From NCBI GenBank assembly GCA_977020255.1, contig CDROCS010000564.1:1-64000 (forward strand): 64,000 nucleotides of DNA, given 5' to 3'. This stretch comes from Obrimoposthia wandeli. Lineage: Eukaryota. This document shows positions 14,425-25,997 of this stretch, piece by piece (position 1 is the first letter of the stretch; each line of letters opens with the position of its first letter). Both the position numbers and the translations under genes were made by a program. The notes below the pieces were generated by a model that saw only the letters and a program-made list of their open reading frames with translations, made no database searches and was not told the DNA's origin.

Positions 14425-15599
14425 GCAACAACTTTGAGAAATTGTGGTCAATACAACAATTTGATCTAACATATCTAATGAATATCGAGAAATAGCTTTT
14501 AAATTATAAAATAATTACTCATTTCAATTTGTATTTTAATACATGTTTTATTCTTTGTTTCAGATATATAGCTATAAATTTAAAAGTGAAGCAAAATCGT
14601 TTTCGAAGATGGTTTACTACTTTAGTAATCCTTCTTGATGCCAGCGTGTCAATGAAGTTGTTGAAAAAGAAAATGATGCAGAATGAAGATGACAATGAAT
14701 TCAGAAATGAAGAGAATTCAGATGATGACAGTTATGTTTTACTTCGTAAACATAATTCAAAAGAGTCAGATTCTACAAACAGAATAATTATTTTAAATAC
14801 GAACAATTAAACAAATTATATTGGCATGCTGTTTCTGGCTTCTGATTTGTACATGAGTATGTTGCCAAGAAAACTAAGCCAAATAACCAAAGTTGAATGA
14901 TGACAGTTAATGGGATTGGAAATTTTGCATATCATATATGTTTATAAGCGGTAGCAAAGCTAATTATTATGCAATTGTTTAGTTTGATGTTTTGTGCAAA
15001 TTGAGCATCATAATACATTTATATCAACAATATTTATACTAAAAAATGTAGTTTTTTCAAACTTTTCAATTTTTGATTTGATTACCCCGATTCAAAATAG
15101 AATTACACAATACTAATGTTTAATATGTTTGGTAACAAAAGAGTTAAATGTATATTTCAACTGTAGCATTTTACGCCCTAGTGAGCTGTTGATATTAATG
15201 TTTGCGAAGAATAACTATATATAATAGAATATAAAAGTGTATTGATAAAATAAATTCGCAGTTTTATATCTTGAAGACAACACAGTTTGTACTAATCACA
15301 TAGATGAAGAACTATTCAAATATACAGGCATTTTAAAATATTTTATACAGATAAGATAATTTTACATGGTTATCTGATTGTTTATTTAGTAGGAAATGTT
15401 TTTAAGTAATGTTGAACAATTATTTAATTTAGGGGAATATTATATGGGTAACTTATTACACCATATCTAATGTTTTATTTGTCCTTATAAAACTAAATAC
15501 ATCATTTTAAAGTGCATATAAAATTGGGTTGAGTTCAAAAGATTCTGCAGTCTGTTTACTTCAAATGCAATTGCTATATAACAAAGAATTCCTCAATCT

Positions 15600-16260
15600 C
15601 ACCTGAAAGAAAAAAGAATAATTGCAACCCTCCATTTCTTCTATCACACATTTTCGCACACATATCAGTGAAACAGATTCATTATTTCATCAGCACAGCA
15701 CCCCCACTCCCTCAAGGTGACATTCTCGAATTGATCAAGAGTTTGCCGCAGAATCTCAATCAATATTTAACTTAGCGTATAAAAATACTTCCCTAAGGCT
15801 TTTAGCAGACCTGGGAAGTTTGCTGATTGAATTTCAGAATTTGAAGAGTCATAAAGATCTATTGAAAATTAAAAAAATAGCTTTAATTATTTTTTCTTCA
15901 AATCTACATAGATAAATTTTTCCGCGGCATAAACCCTTCCACATATATTATTCATTATTTGTACAAGGTGTTTCAGATTATCTAAAATTTATAAATTTAT
16001 CAAAAAATATAAGTTATAAACATCAGGATTTTTAATTACGAATTTATTATTCTATCTAAAGTATATTTATAATTATATTAACTGTTCAATTTGTCCTCTC
16101 TTGGCCTTAACACTTGAGGTATTTCTGGCAAAATTTCTCAGAAGCTCATGGAATCAAAGAACTGTGTTACTTAGTGTGGTCTCTTATGTGGCCCCAAAGC
16201 CAGGTCTGGACTTCTAGGTGGTCATTTAATATGTGTATCTAGCCCGATTCATCGATCTTG
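15600..16260 (-). pseudogene. Possible highly degraded non-LTR (LINE) reverse transcriptase remnant
   Basis: Minus strand shows RPGF..ETTL, LPRSAKSL (cf. LPQGS.LSP) and CADEI (cf. YADD) in the expected order. The matches are weak. Confidence 0.3.
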
Positions 16261-16393
16261 TTATCTGGCTATAAGGTGCTCTATCTGGTTGGAATAGTTA
16301 ATTGATCTTCCTTCTGAACGATGTGTATACCTTTCTACATTCACAGTACTCTCAAACACATGATTTGTGATTCTATGTATGTTTTATATGAAT

Positions 16394-16795
16394 GTAGGAC
16401 GTTTCGGACTCAGACGTTTCAGACTGGCCTTTTTTAAAGTAGGATGCTTTGGACTTTCAAGATTTTTGGTAGAAATTGGTGTTTTTTTAATGGGCTGTTT
16501 GTCAATTTATAAGAAATAGTTTGATTTTAGAAAAAATATATTTGAGTCAATTTATAAGAAAGAGTTTCTAAAAAAATAGATTTGAACAATTATTTCTCTG
16601 ATAAATTGACCCAAAAACGCATACCCTATTAGAACGAACATCATCTTCATACAAACTAAAACTTATTTGAAAACTAAATATTTTTATAAATTGACACAAC
16701 AAAACTATTTTATAAAACACTAATTTCTTCCAAAATTCTTGAAAGTCCAAAACGTCCTACTTTAAAATTAGGACAGTCCAAAAGGTCTATGCATC
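16394..16795. mobile_element. MITE-like element with long imperfect terminal inverted repeats
   Basis: The left arm ttttaaagtaggatgctttggactttcaagatttttggtagaaattggtg...gtcaatttataa is the imperfect reverse complement of the right arm ttataaattgac...cactaatttcttccaaaattcttgaaagtccaaaacgtcctactttaaaa. No TSD identified. Confidence 0.6.
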
Positions 16796-17949
16796 GTTTT
16801 ATATCATAACCCATATGGTTACAGAAACAAATCTGAGGATTTTCGATAATAATAAGAGCAAATATATGCAATAACTTGTACAGTCAGTTGAAAATTTACT
16901 TCATAAGTATTTGATCAAATTTCCAAAGTTTTAGTTAATTTATAAATATTTTTTAAAAATTCCATAAAATTTTCTAAAATGTAAGATTTTCTACGGTTGA
17001 AACACGATCAATAAACAATCCCACAACAATTACATGTATTTTACATGACTTAAGTACTGATGAATATTGGTAAGTGTTGTTAAAGGATTTGAAACTTTTC
17101 TAAGGTCAATTTAAATGAACTGAAATCATGAATTCTTGAAAGTTATTAGTGATAATAGCTGAGTGTGGAATGTGATTGTTGGGATAGGAGATTTTATGTA
17201 TCCGATTTCTTTCCGACAGTCTTGGTGGTAATCTGACAGAAATAGCACTCCAAAATGCAGACCCTTTTTTCCTGTCAGGAAGTATTTCTTTACAATTATG
17301 ACACAAAACGATGAGCCCATGTTTTTTCTTATTCACCAAGGCGAACTGTAAAATACATTTTATATATATGTCTAACACACTATTTTCTATTGCATCTTTG
17401 ACGAAGAAGTGTGTAGAAGCCTCATACAAAACAAATATGTCAAGATTATTTACACATTTTTGTCTAACTTGAAAAAGCTATTTTCTGATCTGAAACAAGA
17501 AAAAACAGATTAACCAAAATTATTTAAATGCAAGCTCACATATACTTTTGGAAAATTTTGAAATGAAAATCCTATAAGCCAAACAGGAAGAAAGAGAATA
17601 AAAAAAATCAAAAAGAAAACTAAATAAAAATCGATCGTTGAATAAAATTTTGAAATGTTTAAAAATTTAAAAATAAAAGTTAATTAGATGAATTCATTTA
17701 AAAACACATACAATATTTACAAATCTAGCTAGCTAAAGTCACAACTTTCAAAATGCATGAAAACTAGAGTATGTAAAGGAAAACGAATGTAAGATTTGAA
17801 ATCAGCATTTAAAATGACACAAAATCAGTTGAAAAATCTGAAAATTGTCAGTAATTTCTTTTAAATGAGAAATAATATGTTTGAATAAAAAGTTAAAAAA
17901 TAATATTTTACAACATTTCAATGTATATTTCGTCAATTAATTTATTTTT

Positions 17950-18175
17950 CGATATAACTTCTTTTATACTCGAAAAATAACTCTTCCAACCTTCAACCAT
18001 CTTAAAAATACCATTACTGAAGAAATTTATGGACTTAATTTTAAAATAATTATTCAAAAATTCTTTCAACTCTTCTTAATTATAAAAATTGTGGTTTCCC
18101 AAATATTTCTTCAAATCACCAAATATCCGGAATGTGCTGGGAGCCAAATCTGAACCATATGGAGAATGTTCCATT
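17950..18175 (-). pseudogene. Mariner transposase C-terminal remnant
   Basis: HSPYGSDLAPSTFRIFGDLKKYLG..F.N*EELKEFF matches the mariner HPPYSPDLAPSDFHLF motif and the downstream helix. Confidence 0.7.
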
Positions 18176-19977
18176 AATTAATAATACCAATAAAATATTT
18201 TTTATATTCCCAACATCCAATAAATCTAAATTTTTTTACTCAAAAGCACCCCAGTTTCGTAAAATTTTCAGCTGCTTCTTAAATTCTTCAGCATTGTTAC
18301 AATTTCTTTAATTCATTGATAGGTTGTTGTAAAGATTCGCAACATAAATTTCATATATCCCATCACTCTGTTTATTATTAAATAATTTCTTAACCAAGTC
18401 ATAATCATTGCTCATAAAATGCACATATATGCTCACTGCATCAGGTTCGAGAAGATCATATACATATTTGGACGTTTTTGAAAGAATAATTCATGAAACG
18501 AAGAGGCTAGCTCAACTAGATCATTGATGGAAGTCATCCAGACTATATGAATCGACACTGGTTGCACTAGAAGTAAAGCAGTCGCATGCTGAACCACGTG
18601 GTGAAAAGCTTCGTCGTCTATGTAACGATTAATGTATTCTAAATTTGTAACAGTCAATGTATTTATTTGATTAGTTGATTATTGAAAATTAGAAATTGAC
18701 AAAATGCATATAAATGATTTCATAATATATTTTTAATATAAATTTTTGAAAGGTTCGGATTAGGCTTGATCTCTAAAACAACAAAAAATAATATAATAAA
18801 ACAAATTTCAGAAGATAACCCATAGACTTTTTACATTGAAGTTTGATTCAATTATATTTTATTTTTCTTGGTTAATCTACATAGCTAATATCTGAAACAT
18901 AAAATAAATTCAAAGTTTTTGACAGACTAATGCACAAATCTGTTTTTCCATATTTAAATTAAATTTGAACCGAGAATAATAAATTCTATGTTTTGTTTAT
19001 TGACTTTAAGATATCCATTATCATTCTGTTTATTAATAAGTTTTAATCTATAAATTTTATTTAGATTTGAGTCATCATAGAGAACTTACAGCCAAAACTG
19101 TAAAATTTCAATCTATGCTAGCGACATTTTCTGATAAATCTTTTAGTCCCTAATGTATTATTTATAAGACAGAATAAAATGAAATGACAATTGCACTATA
19201 AAAAGCCAAAACTCGATTTGTTGAGAACATTGCAAGGATCATTTATGTTTCCTTAGTGGCCATTTGAAAATGCAACTATTGATTTCGAAATTGAATCGGC
19301 TTTTTAGTGACTCGGAAACAAGCATTGATTGTTATTGATTTCTGGAAATTAATTCCTTTTCACCGATCCATTATTGCACTCGTTTTCATTCGGTATTTGT
19401 TCGGATTATTTCCCTTTATTTGAGTCTATTCAGTTCTTTGTGAAATTGATTATTTTATTTTCAGTTTAAACTATTTAAATTATATCAATATTTCAATCGA
19501 TGATCATTACTTCTACTTTACTGAAAAGTTAAATTTACTTTATTAGTTAAAAATGAATTGGAACAGTTAGAGATGTTAATCACATTATATATATCAATAT
19601 GTTGTATTAACTCTCTTTTCCAAATGCAAGAAACCTTATCCAGGCGTTCTAAGCAGACTTTATGGAGTTTATATAGCCCATAAACTTAGAAGCTGTCCTT
19701 TTGGTTCTAACCACATGATTGGAAAAATTTATAACGAAATTAAAACGAATAAAACTTAAAAAGATGGTAGAAAAATAGAATTATTCATATATAATTTTGT
19801 TTTATATTATCTTTGTCGATTTTGTTTAGTAATCGTTTATTTTCTTATTTTTCAAGTGGCAATTGTCTTCATTAATTCGTTTAAACAATGATTCTTATTT
19901 ATCTTAAAATCTTTTCATTCATAATCAGAATTTTAGTGATTTTAAAAAAATGAATTTATACAATTCGACCATAGATA

Positions 19978-20398
19978 CAGGCCCGGTTCTAGGCGTAGGC
20001 GACGTCGGCGATAGCCGACGGCGGCACTTTTCCGAAATTTTTTAGGGCGGCATTTTCTTAATTTTATTTTTGATACTTTTTCAAAACGAAACGAAATAAA
20101 TTTCAAAATCCATGTAAATCCATGGAAGAATTAATCAAAGATTTTGCAGAATTAAAAGCAAGGAAAATTCACTTTTAATTATGATTTGTTTGCGTTATGT
20201 TTTATTTTTGTATAAATTGAATTTATTTATGTTTATTTTTGTTTTTTTATAATGTTTCTAATTAAATAAATATATATACATAATTAAGTTTAGGTTATAT
20301 TGTTTTTCTATTTTTCTTCAATTTTAAAATAATTGAATTTTTTTGGGCGGCAAATATACATCTCGCCTACACACATAAAAGTTCTAGAACCGGGCCTG
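19978..20398 (+). mobile_element. hAT-family non-autonomous element (deletion derivative), 421 bp
   Basis: Perfect 15-bp TIRs CAGGCCCGGTTCTAG / CTAGAACCGGGCCTG and a perfect 8-bp TSD CATAGATA (19970-19977, 20399-20406). The interior keeps a hAT transposase C-terminus (MEELIKDFAELKARKIHF*). Confidence 0.92.
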
Positions 20399-21332
20399 CA
20401 TAGATATAATAAACAAACCTAACTAATTTCACTTTTTAATTAACTCTTGCTCAGATATATGTCTATTCCATATAATCACATCTCTCTTATTTTCTGACAT
20501 ATGTTATGAAAGTTTCTATATGTACAAAATTGAATCTAAATTTCTATTGAACAAAATCGAATCATAAATATTTCCTGAACAAAATCGAATCTAAATTTCT
20601 CCATAAGATCCACGATGGGGATAAAATCAAAAAATCAAACTGCTCTACTGTCGCTGCATATATTTTTAATCGGCAACTGATAATATGAAATTGTGTTACG
20701 ATTAACAGTATTGTTAGGTTTAGGAATTGATAAAAATAAAATAATTAATCGAAATTATAGTGAAATAAGAATCCTTGAAAGCAAGGTTATAAATTAAATA
20801 AAATTGAATATTAGAATTAAATTATTAAAATTAAAAGGTAAATTGAATATTAAGGACCACGAAGGTCGTGTGTAGTGCGCTGTATGTATGGGAGGTTAAA
20901 TTATTATTAAGGGCCCCAAAAAAACAAGAATCAATTAAGGAAAACAAAAATCTAATTAAGAAGATTATTGCAAAAAGTTTATTAAGAAAAAGGACGAATA
21001 AGAAAATCAAATTAGTCGTACATTAGAAACCCATTAGCAGTCTGGGATCTACGACAACAGAAACCCATTAGCAGTCTGGGAGCTACGACAACAGAAACCC
21101 ATTAGCAGTGTCTGAGAGAGCACTTAACGGGATCGGGACCTCTGAACAGCAAGCAGCAAGTAGACTGCGGAATTGAGTCACGGAGGAACAAACAGGAAGT
21201 CCATTAGCGTCTGGACAGCGACTGTCTAGGAAACCGGAGGTAAAGTGGATTTGAGATTATCCATTATTTACTCTTGTAGAATCTCGGCAGCAAACAAAAA
21301 GCTTTTATAAAAGCGTGGCAATACACTACGGG

Positions 21333-21370
21333 TATAAATAAGACCCACGATAGGACCAGAGTTGTCAGTT
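21333..21370 (+). promoter_or_regulatory. Putative LTR core promoter: TATA box (TATAAATA 21333-21340) and initiator (TCAGTT 21365-21370)
   Basis: Consensus TATA about 30-34 nt upstream of a TCAGTT Inr, identical in the 3' LTR. The solo LTR has TATATAAG at 9529 in an equivalent position. Confidence 0.55.
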
Positions 21371-21535
21371 CTAACGAAAAGTGCAGCCAGATAATTCAGA
21401 GTTCTAACGAAAAGTGCAGCCAGATAATTCAGATTTTAACGAAAAGTGGAGCCAGATAATTCAGAGTTCTAACGAAAAGTGCAGCCAGATAATTCAGATT
21501 TCTAACGAAAAGTACAGCCAGATAATTCAGATTTC
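21371..21535 (+). repeat. 32-33 bp tandem repeat, 5 copies (6 copies in the 3' LTR, 44476-44672)
   Basis: Unit ctaacgaaaagtgcagccagataattcagag/ttt. A separate ~33-bp repeat (agaaacccattagcagtctggga.ctacgacaac, about 3 copies) lies at ~21026-21108. Confidence 0.9.
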
Positions 21536-21682
21536 ACAACATTCGGAATCGAAAAACGCCGTATTGACAAGTCAACCTACGGAAAACCGAGCAGCCCTCC
21601 GAACTGGAATCTGCCAACAACTGACATCCGAGGAAACATATCGAGGACGGATCAGCAGCACACGAGGCCAGCATACGTACTA

Positions 21683-21714
21683 TTGGTGAGAGTCAGAGGA
21701 AACTATTGGTAAAG
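21683..21714 (+). promoter_or_regulatory. Putative 5' splice donors in the LTR (TTG/GTGAGA at 21686, TTG/GTAAAG at 21709) immediately before the satellite
   Basis: Consensus GT-R-AG donors. The solo LTR has GAG/GTAAGG at 10011, right before its own repeat block. Confidence 0.45.
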
Positions 21715-24665
21715 TATTTTGAAAATATAAAAGTATTGATTGAAATAAAAGTCGTAAATATATTTTGAAAGTGTAAAAGCATTGATACATTGTGAAATAA
21801 AGTCGTAAAGTATTTTTGTATGTGTAAAAGCATTGATATATTGTGAAATAAAAGTCGTAAAGTATTTTGAAAATATAAAAGTATTGATTGAAATAAAAGT
21901 CGTAAAGTATTTTTGAAAATGTAAAAGCATTGATATATTGTGAAATAAAGTCGTAAAGTATTTTTGAAAGTGTAAAAGCATTGACATATTGTGAAATAAA
22001 AGTCGAAAAGTATTTTGAAGATATAAAAGTATTGATTGAAATAAAAGTCGTAAAGTATTTTGAAGATATAAAAGTACTGATTTAAATAAAAGTCGTAAAG
22101 TATTTTGAAAATATAAAAGTATTGATTGAAATAAAAGTCGTAAAGTATTTTGAAAATATAAAAGCATTGATACATTGTGAAATAAAGTCGTAAAGTATTT
22201 TTGAAAGTGTAAAAGCATTGATATATTGTAAAATAAAAGTCGTAAAGTATTTTGAAAATATAAAAGCATTGATACATTGTGAAATAAAGTCGTAAAGTAT
22301 TTTTGAAAGTGTAAAAGCATTGATATATTGTGAAATAAAAGTCGTAAAGTATTTTGAAAATATAAAAGTATTGATTGAAATAAAAGTCGTAAAGTATTTT
22401 GAAGATATAAAAGCATTGATACATTGTGAAATAAAGTCGTAAAGTATTTTTGAAAGTGTAAAAGCATTGATATATTGTGAAATAAAAGTCGTAAAGTATT
22501 TTGAAGATATAAAAGTATTGATTGAAATAAAAGTAGTAAAGTATTTTGAAGATATAAAAGTATTGATTGAAATAAAAGTCGTAAAGTATTTTGTAAGATA
22601 TAAAATCATTGATATATTGTGAAATAAAAGTCGTAAAGTATTTTGAAGTTATAAAAGTATTGATTGAAATAAAAGTAGTAAAGTATTTTAAAGATATAAA
22701 AGCATTGATATATTGTGAAATAAAGTCGTAAAGTATTTTTGAAAGTGTAAAAGCATTGATATATTGTGAAATAAAGTCGTAAAGTATTTTTGAATGTGTA
22801 AAAGCATTGATATATTGTGAAATAAAAGTGGTAAAGTATTTTGAAGATATAAAAGTATTGATTGAAATAAAAGTCGTAAAGTATTTTGAAGATATAAAAG
22901 CATTGATACATTGTGAAATAAAGTCGTAAAGTATTTTTGAAAGTGTAAAAGCATTGATATATTGTGAAATAAAAGTCGTAAAGTATTTTGAAGATATAAA
23001 AGTATTGATTGAAATAAAAGTCGTAAAGTATTTTGAAGATATAAAAGTATTGATTGAAATAAAAGTCGTAAAGTATTTTGAAGGTATAAAAGTATTAATA
23101 TATTGTGAAATAAAGTCGTAAAGTATTTTTGAATGTGTAAAAGCATTGATATATTGTGAAATAAAAGTCGTAAAGTATTTTGAAAATATAAAAGTATTGA
23201 TTGAAATAAAAGTCGTAAAGTATTTTTGAAAATGTAAAAGCATTGATATATTGTGAAATAAAGTCGTAAAGTATTTTTGAAAGTGTAAAAGCATTGACAT
23301 ATTGTGAAATAAAAGTCGAAAAGTATTTTGAAGATATAAAAGTATTGATTGAAATAAAAGTCGTAAAGTATTTTGAAGATATAAAAGTACTGATTTAAAT
23401 AAAAGTCGTAAAGTATTTTGAAGGTATAAAAGTATTAATATATTGTGAAATAAAGTCGTAAAGTAATTTTGAAAGTGTAAAAGCATTGATATATTGTGAA
23501 ATAAAAGTCGTAAAGTATTTTGAAAATATAAAAGCATTGATACATTGTGAAATAAAGTCGTAAAGTATTTTTGAAAGTGTAAAAGCATTGATATATTGTG
23601 AAATAAAAGTCGTAAAGTATTTTGAAAATATAAAAGTATTGATTGAAATAAAAGTCGTAAAGTATTTTGAAAATATAAAAGCATTGATACATTGTGAAAT
23701 AAAGTCGTAAAGTATTTTTGAAAGTGTAAAAGCATTGATATATTGTGAAATAAAAGTCGTAAAGTATTTTGAAAATATAAAAGTATTGATTGAAATAAAA
23801 GTCGTAAAGTATTTTGAAGATATAAAAGCATTGATACATTGTGAAATAAAGTCGTAAAGTATTTTTGAAAGTGTAAAAGCATTGATATATTGTGAAATAA
23901 AAGTCGTAAAGTATTTTGAAGATATAAAAGTATTGATTGAAATAAAAGTAGTAAAGTATTTTGAAGATATAAAAGTATTGATTGAAATAAAAGTCGTAAA
24001 GTATTTTGTAAGATATAAAATCATTGATATATTGTGAAATAAAAGTCGTAAAGTATTTTGAAGTTATAAAAGTATTGATTGAAATAAAAGTAGTAAAGTA
24101 TTTTAAAGATATAAAAGCATTGATACATTGTGAAATAAAGTCGTAAAGTATTTTTGAAAGTGTAAAAGCATTGATATATTGTGAAATAAAGTCGTAAAGT
24201 ATTTTTGAAAGTGTAAAAGCATTGATATATTGTGAAATAAAAGTGGTAAAGTATTTTGAAGATATAAAAGTATTGATTGAAATAAAAGTCGTAAAGTATT
24301 TTGAAGATATAAAAGCATTGATACATTGTGAAATAAAGTCGTAAAGTATTTTTGAAAGTGTAAAAGCATTGATATATTGTGAAATAAAAGTGGTAAAGTA
24401 TTTTGAAGATATAAAAGTATTGATTGAAATAAAAGTCGTAAAGTATTTTGAAGATATAAAAGCATTGATACATTGTGAAATAAAGTCGTAAAGTATTTTT
24501 GAAAGTGTAAAAGCATTGATATATTGTGAAATAAAAGTCGTAAAGTATTTTGAAGATATAAAAGTATTGATTGAAATAAAAGTCGTAAAGTATTTTGAAG
24601 GTATAAAAGTATTAATATATTGTGAAATAAAGTCGTAAAGTAATTTTGAAGGTATAAAAGCATTG
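21700..24665 (+). repeat. ~3.0-kb satellite of 44-52 bp units inside the 5' LTR (only ~0.75 kb in the 3' LTR, 44835-45570)
   Basis: Units aaagtcgtaaagtattttgaa..tataaaagtattgattgaaat and aaagtcgtaaagtatttttgaaagtgtaaaagcattgatatattgtgaaat. Rare variants recur at ~1.3-1.4 kb spacing, indicating a higher-order duplication. Confidence 0.97.
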
Positions 24666-25365
24666 ATTACAACTGAATTTATTGATTAAAGTAATTGAAA
24701 CGAATTAAAATTATTGATTAAAGTAATTGAAACGAATTGAAATTATTGATTAAAGTAATTGAAATGAATTGAATTTATTGAAAGAAAGTAATTTGGAAGA
24801 AAACTAAATTTTCATATATTGACTAAAGGACATTTGAAGTAAAGTATATAATTTTGAAATTTGAAATAAATTACGATTTGGGAGTTTAAATAAAATACAA
24901 TTTAACCTATACATTTAACCGTGTCACATTAGAGTAAAGACTCTAAGAATCACCCAACCCTAACCTTAAAATCGATACGTGGTTCATCCCCACTTGTGTA
25001 GAGACTTACAGAAGTCTTAGGAATTTTACTACAACTTTTTAGAAAATACGTACGTAAACGTATTGTTTTGTTTTAGTCTAGTGTGTTAACAATAAACGAT
25101 TTCCTACATTAGAAAGCATTGTTCTAGACCCTTCAGATTAAGAGACATCGAAAAACAAACACCTTCAGATAAGCATTGAGATAGGCAACTATAACATTAA
25201 GTAGGCCACAACCATCGTTAAGTCCTGCTTCTATAAGAACTCACGTTGAGGCCCTCCGCATTCAAGAGGATCTATAAGTTTCATATAGAAACCCCAACAT
25301 ATTAAATTGATACGCCCGAGTGAGGATAGCTCGTCGGACACAGCGACTTCACATAGAATAATAGA

Positions 25366-25550
25366 GCAAATTGAGAATAAGTTTCAGAAGAAGAAAATAT
25401 AAGCAAATTGAGAATAAGTTTCAGAAGAAGAAAATATAAGCAAATTGAGAATAAGTTTCAGAAGAAGAAAATATAAGCAAATTGAGAATAAGTTTCAGAA
25501 GAAGAAGATATAAGCAAATTGAGAATAAGTTTCAGAAGAAGAAGATATAA
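25366..25550 (+). repeat. 37-bp tandem repeat, 5 copies, in the 5' leader
   Basis: gcaaattgagaataagtttcagaagaagaa(a/g)atataa starting at 25366, 25403, 25440, 25477 and 25514. Confidence 0.95.
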
Positions 25551-25997
25551 GTAAATTGAGATAAGTAAACTGATAAGTTTTGAGAAATCGAGTAGATTTG
25601 TTCCTCGAATTAAGTAAATTTGATAAGTTTTGAGAATCGAGTGGATTGTTCCTCGAGGTAATTAATTGAATAGGTTAAGTCGAGAGACATGTCCTCGAAC
25701 TAATTAAATTGATATAAGAAATCTTAAAATAAGAATTATGAAATAAGATAAAGTAATAAGTAAATTGATATCGTAAACGAATACATAATTGATAAGACAA
25801 CGAATAATAAAAACGGACCCGCGTTTAATACTAGAAGACAAAGTCAGATTCCCCAGGAAGAGATAAATAATAATAAATTTAACCGAATTGAGCAGGTTCC
25901 CCAAACAGATAACAAAGTAATAGAAGAGACTAGAATCGAAGAAAACGTATCAGAAAGAGACGTTGATCAATCAGCAGTTTCAACCGACAGTTTTAAT

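Larger units (their letters stand above)
20712..25299 (+). repeat. 5' LTR (4588 bp), expanded by an internal satellite
   Basis: Direct repeat of 43817-46094. I counted about 10 substitutions in ~1.4 kb of non-repetitive sequence (about 99% identity). Confidence 0.95.

Noticed and set aside
21414-21689. 91-aa ORFs in both LTRs (21414, 44551) and a 76-aa ORF at 9626
   Set aside because: They arise from 33-bp and 54-bp tandem repeats and do not start with ATG, so there is no evidence of coding function.
21693-24663. Many long minus-strand ORFs (up to 729 aa; also 44830-45709)
   Set aside because: They are translations of the 44-52 bp LTR satellite: low-complexity repeats in all three frames, antisense to the element, with no domain features.
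21700-24665. CRISPR-like appearance of the regularly spaced repeat
   Set aside because: Units are contiguous with no unique spacers, there are no cas genes, and the context is eukaryotic.
25241-25256. CACGTTG(G/A)GG near the LTR end resembling the tRNA-Lys(CUU) 3' arm in sense orientation
   Set aside because: A short match, in the wrong orientation for a PBS and inside the LTR; likely coincidence.
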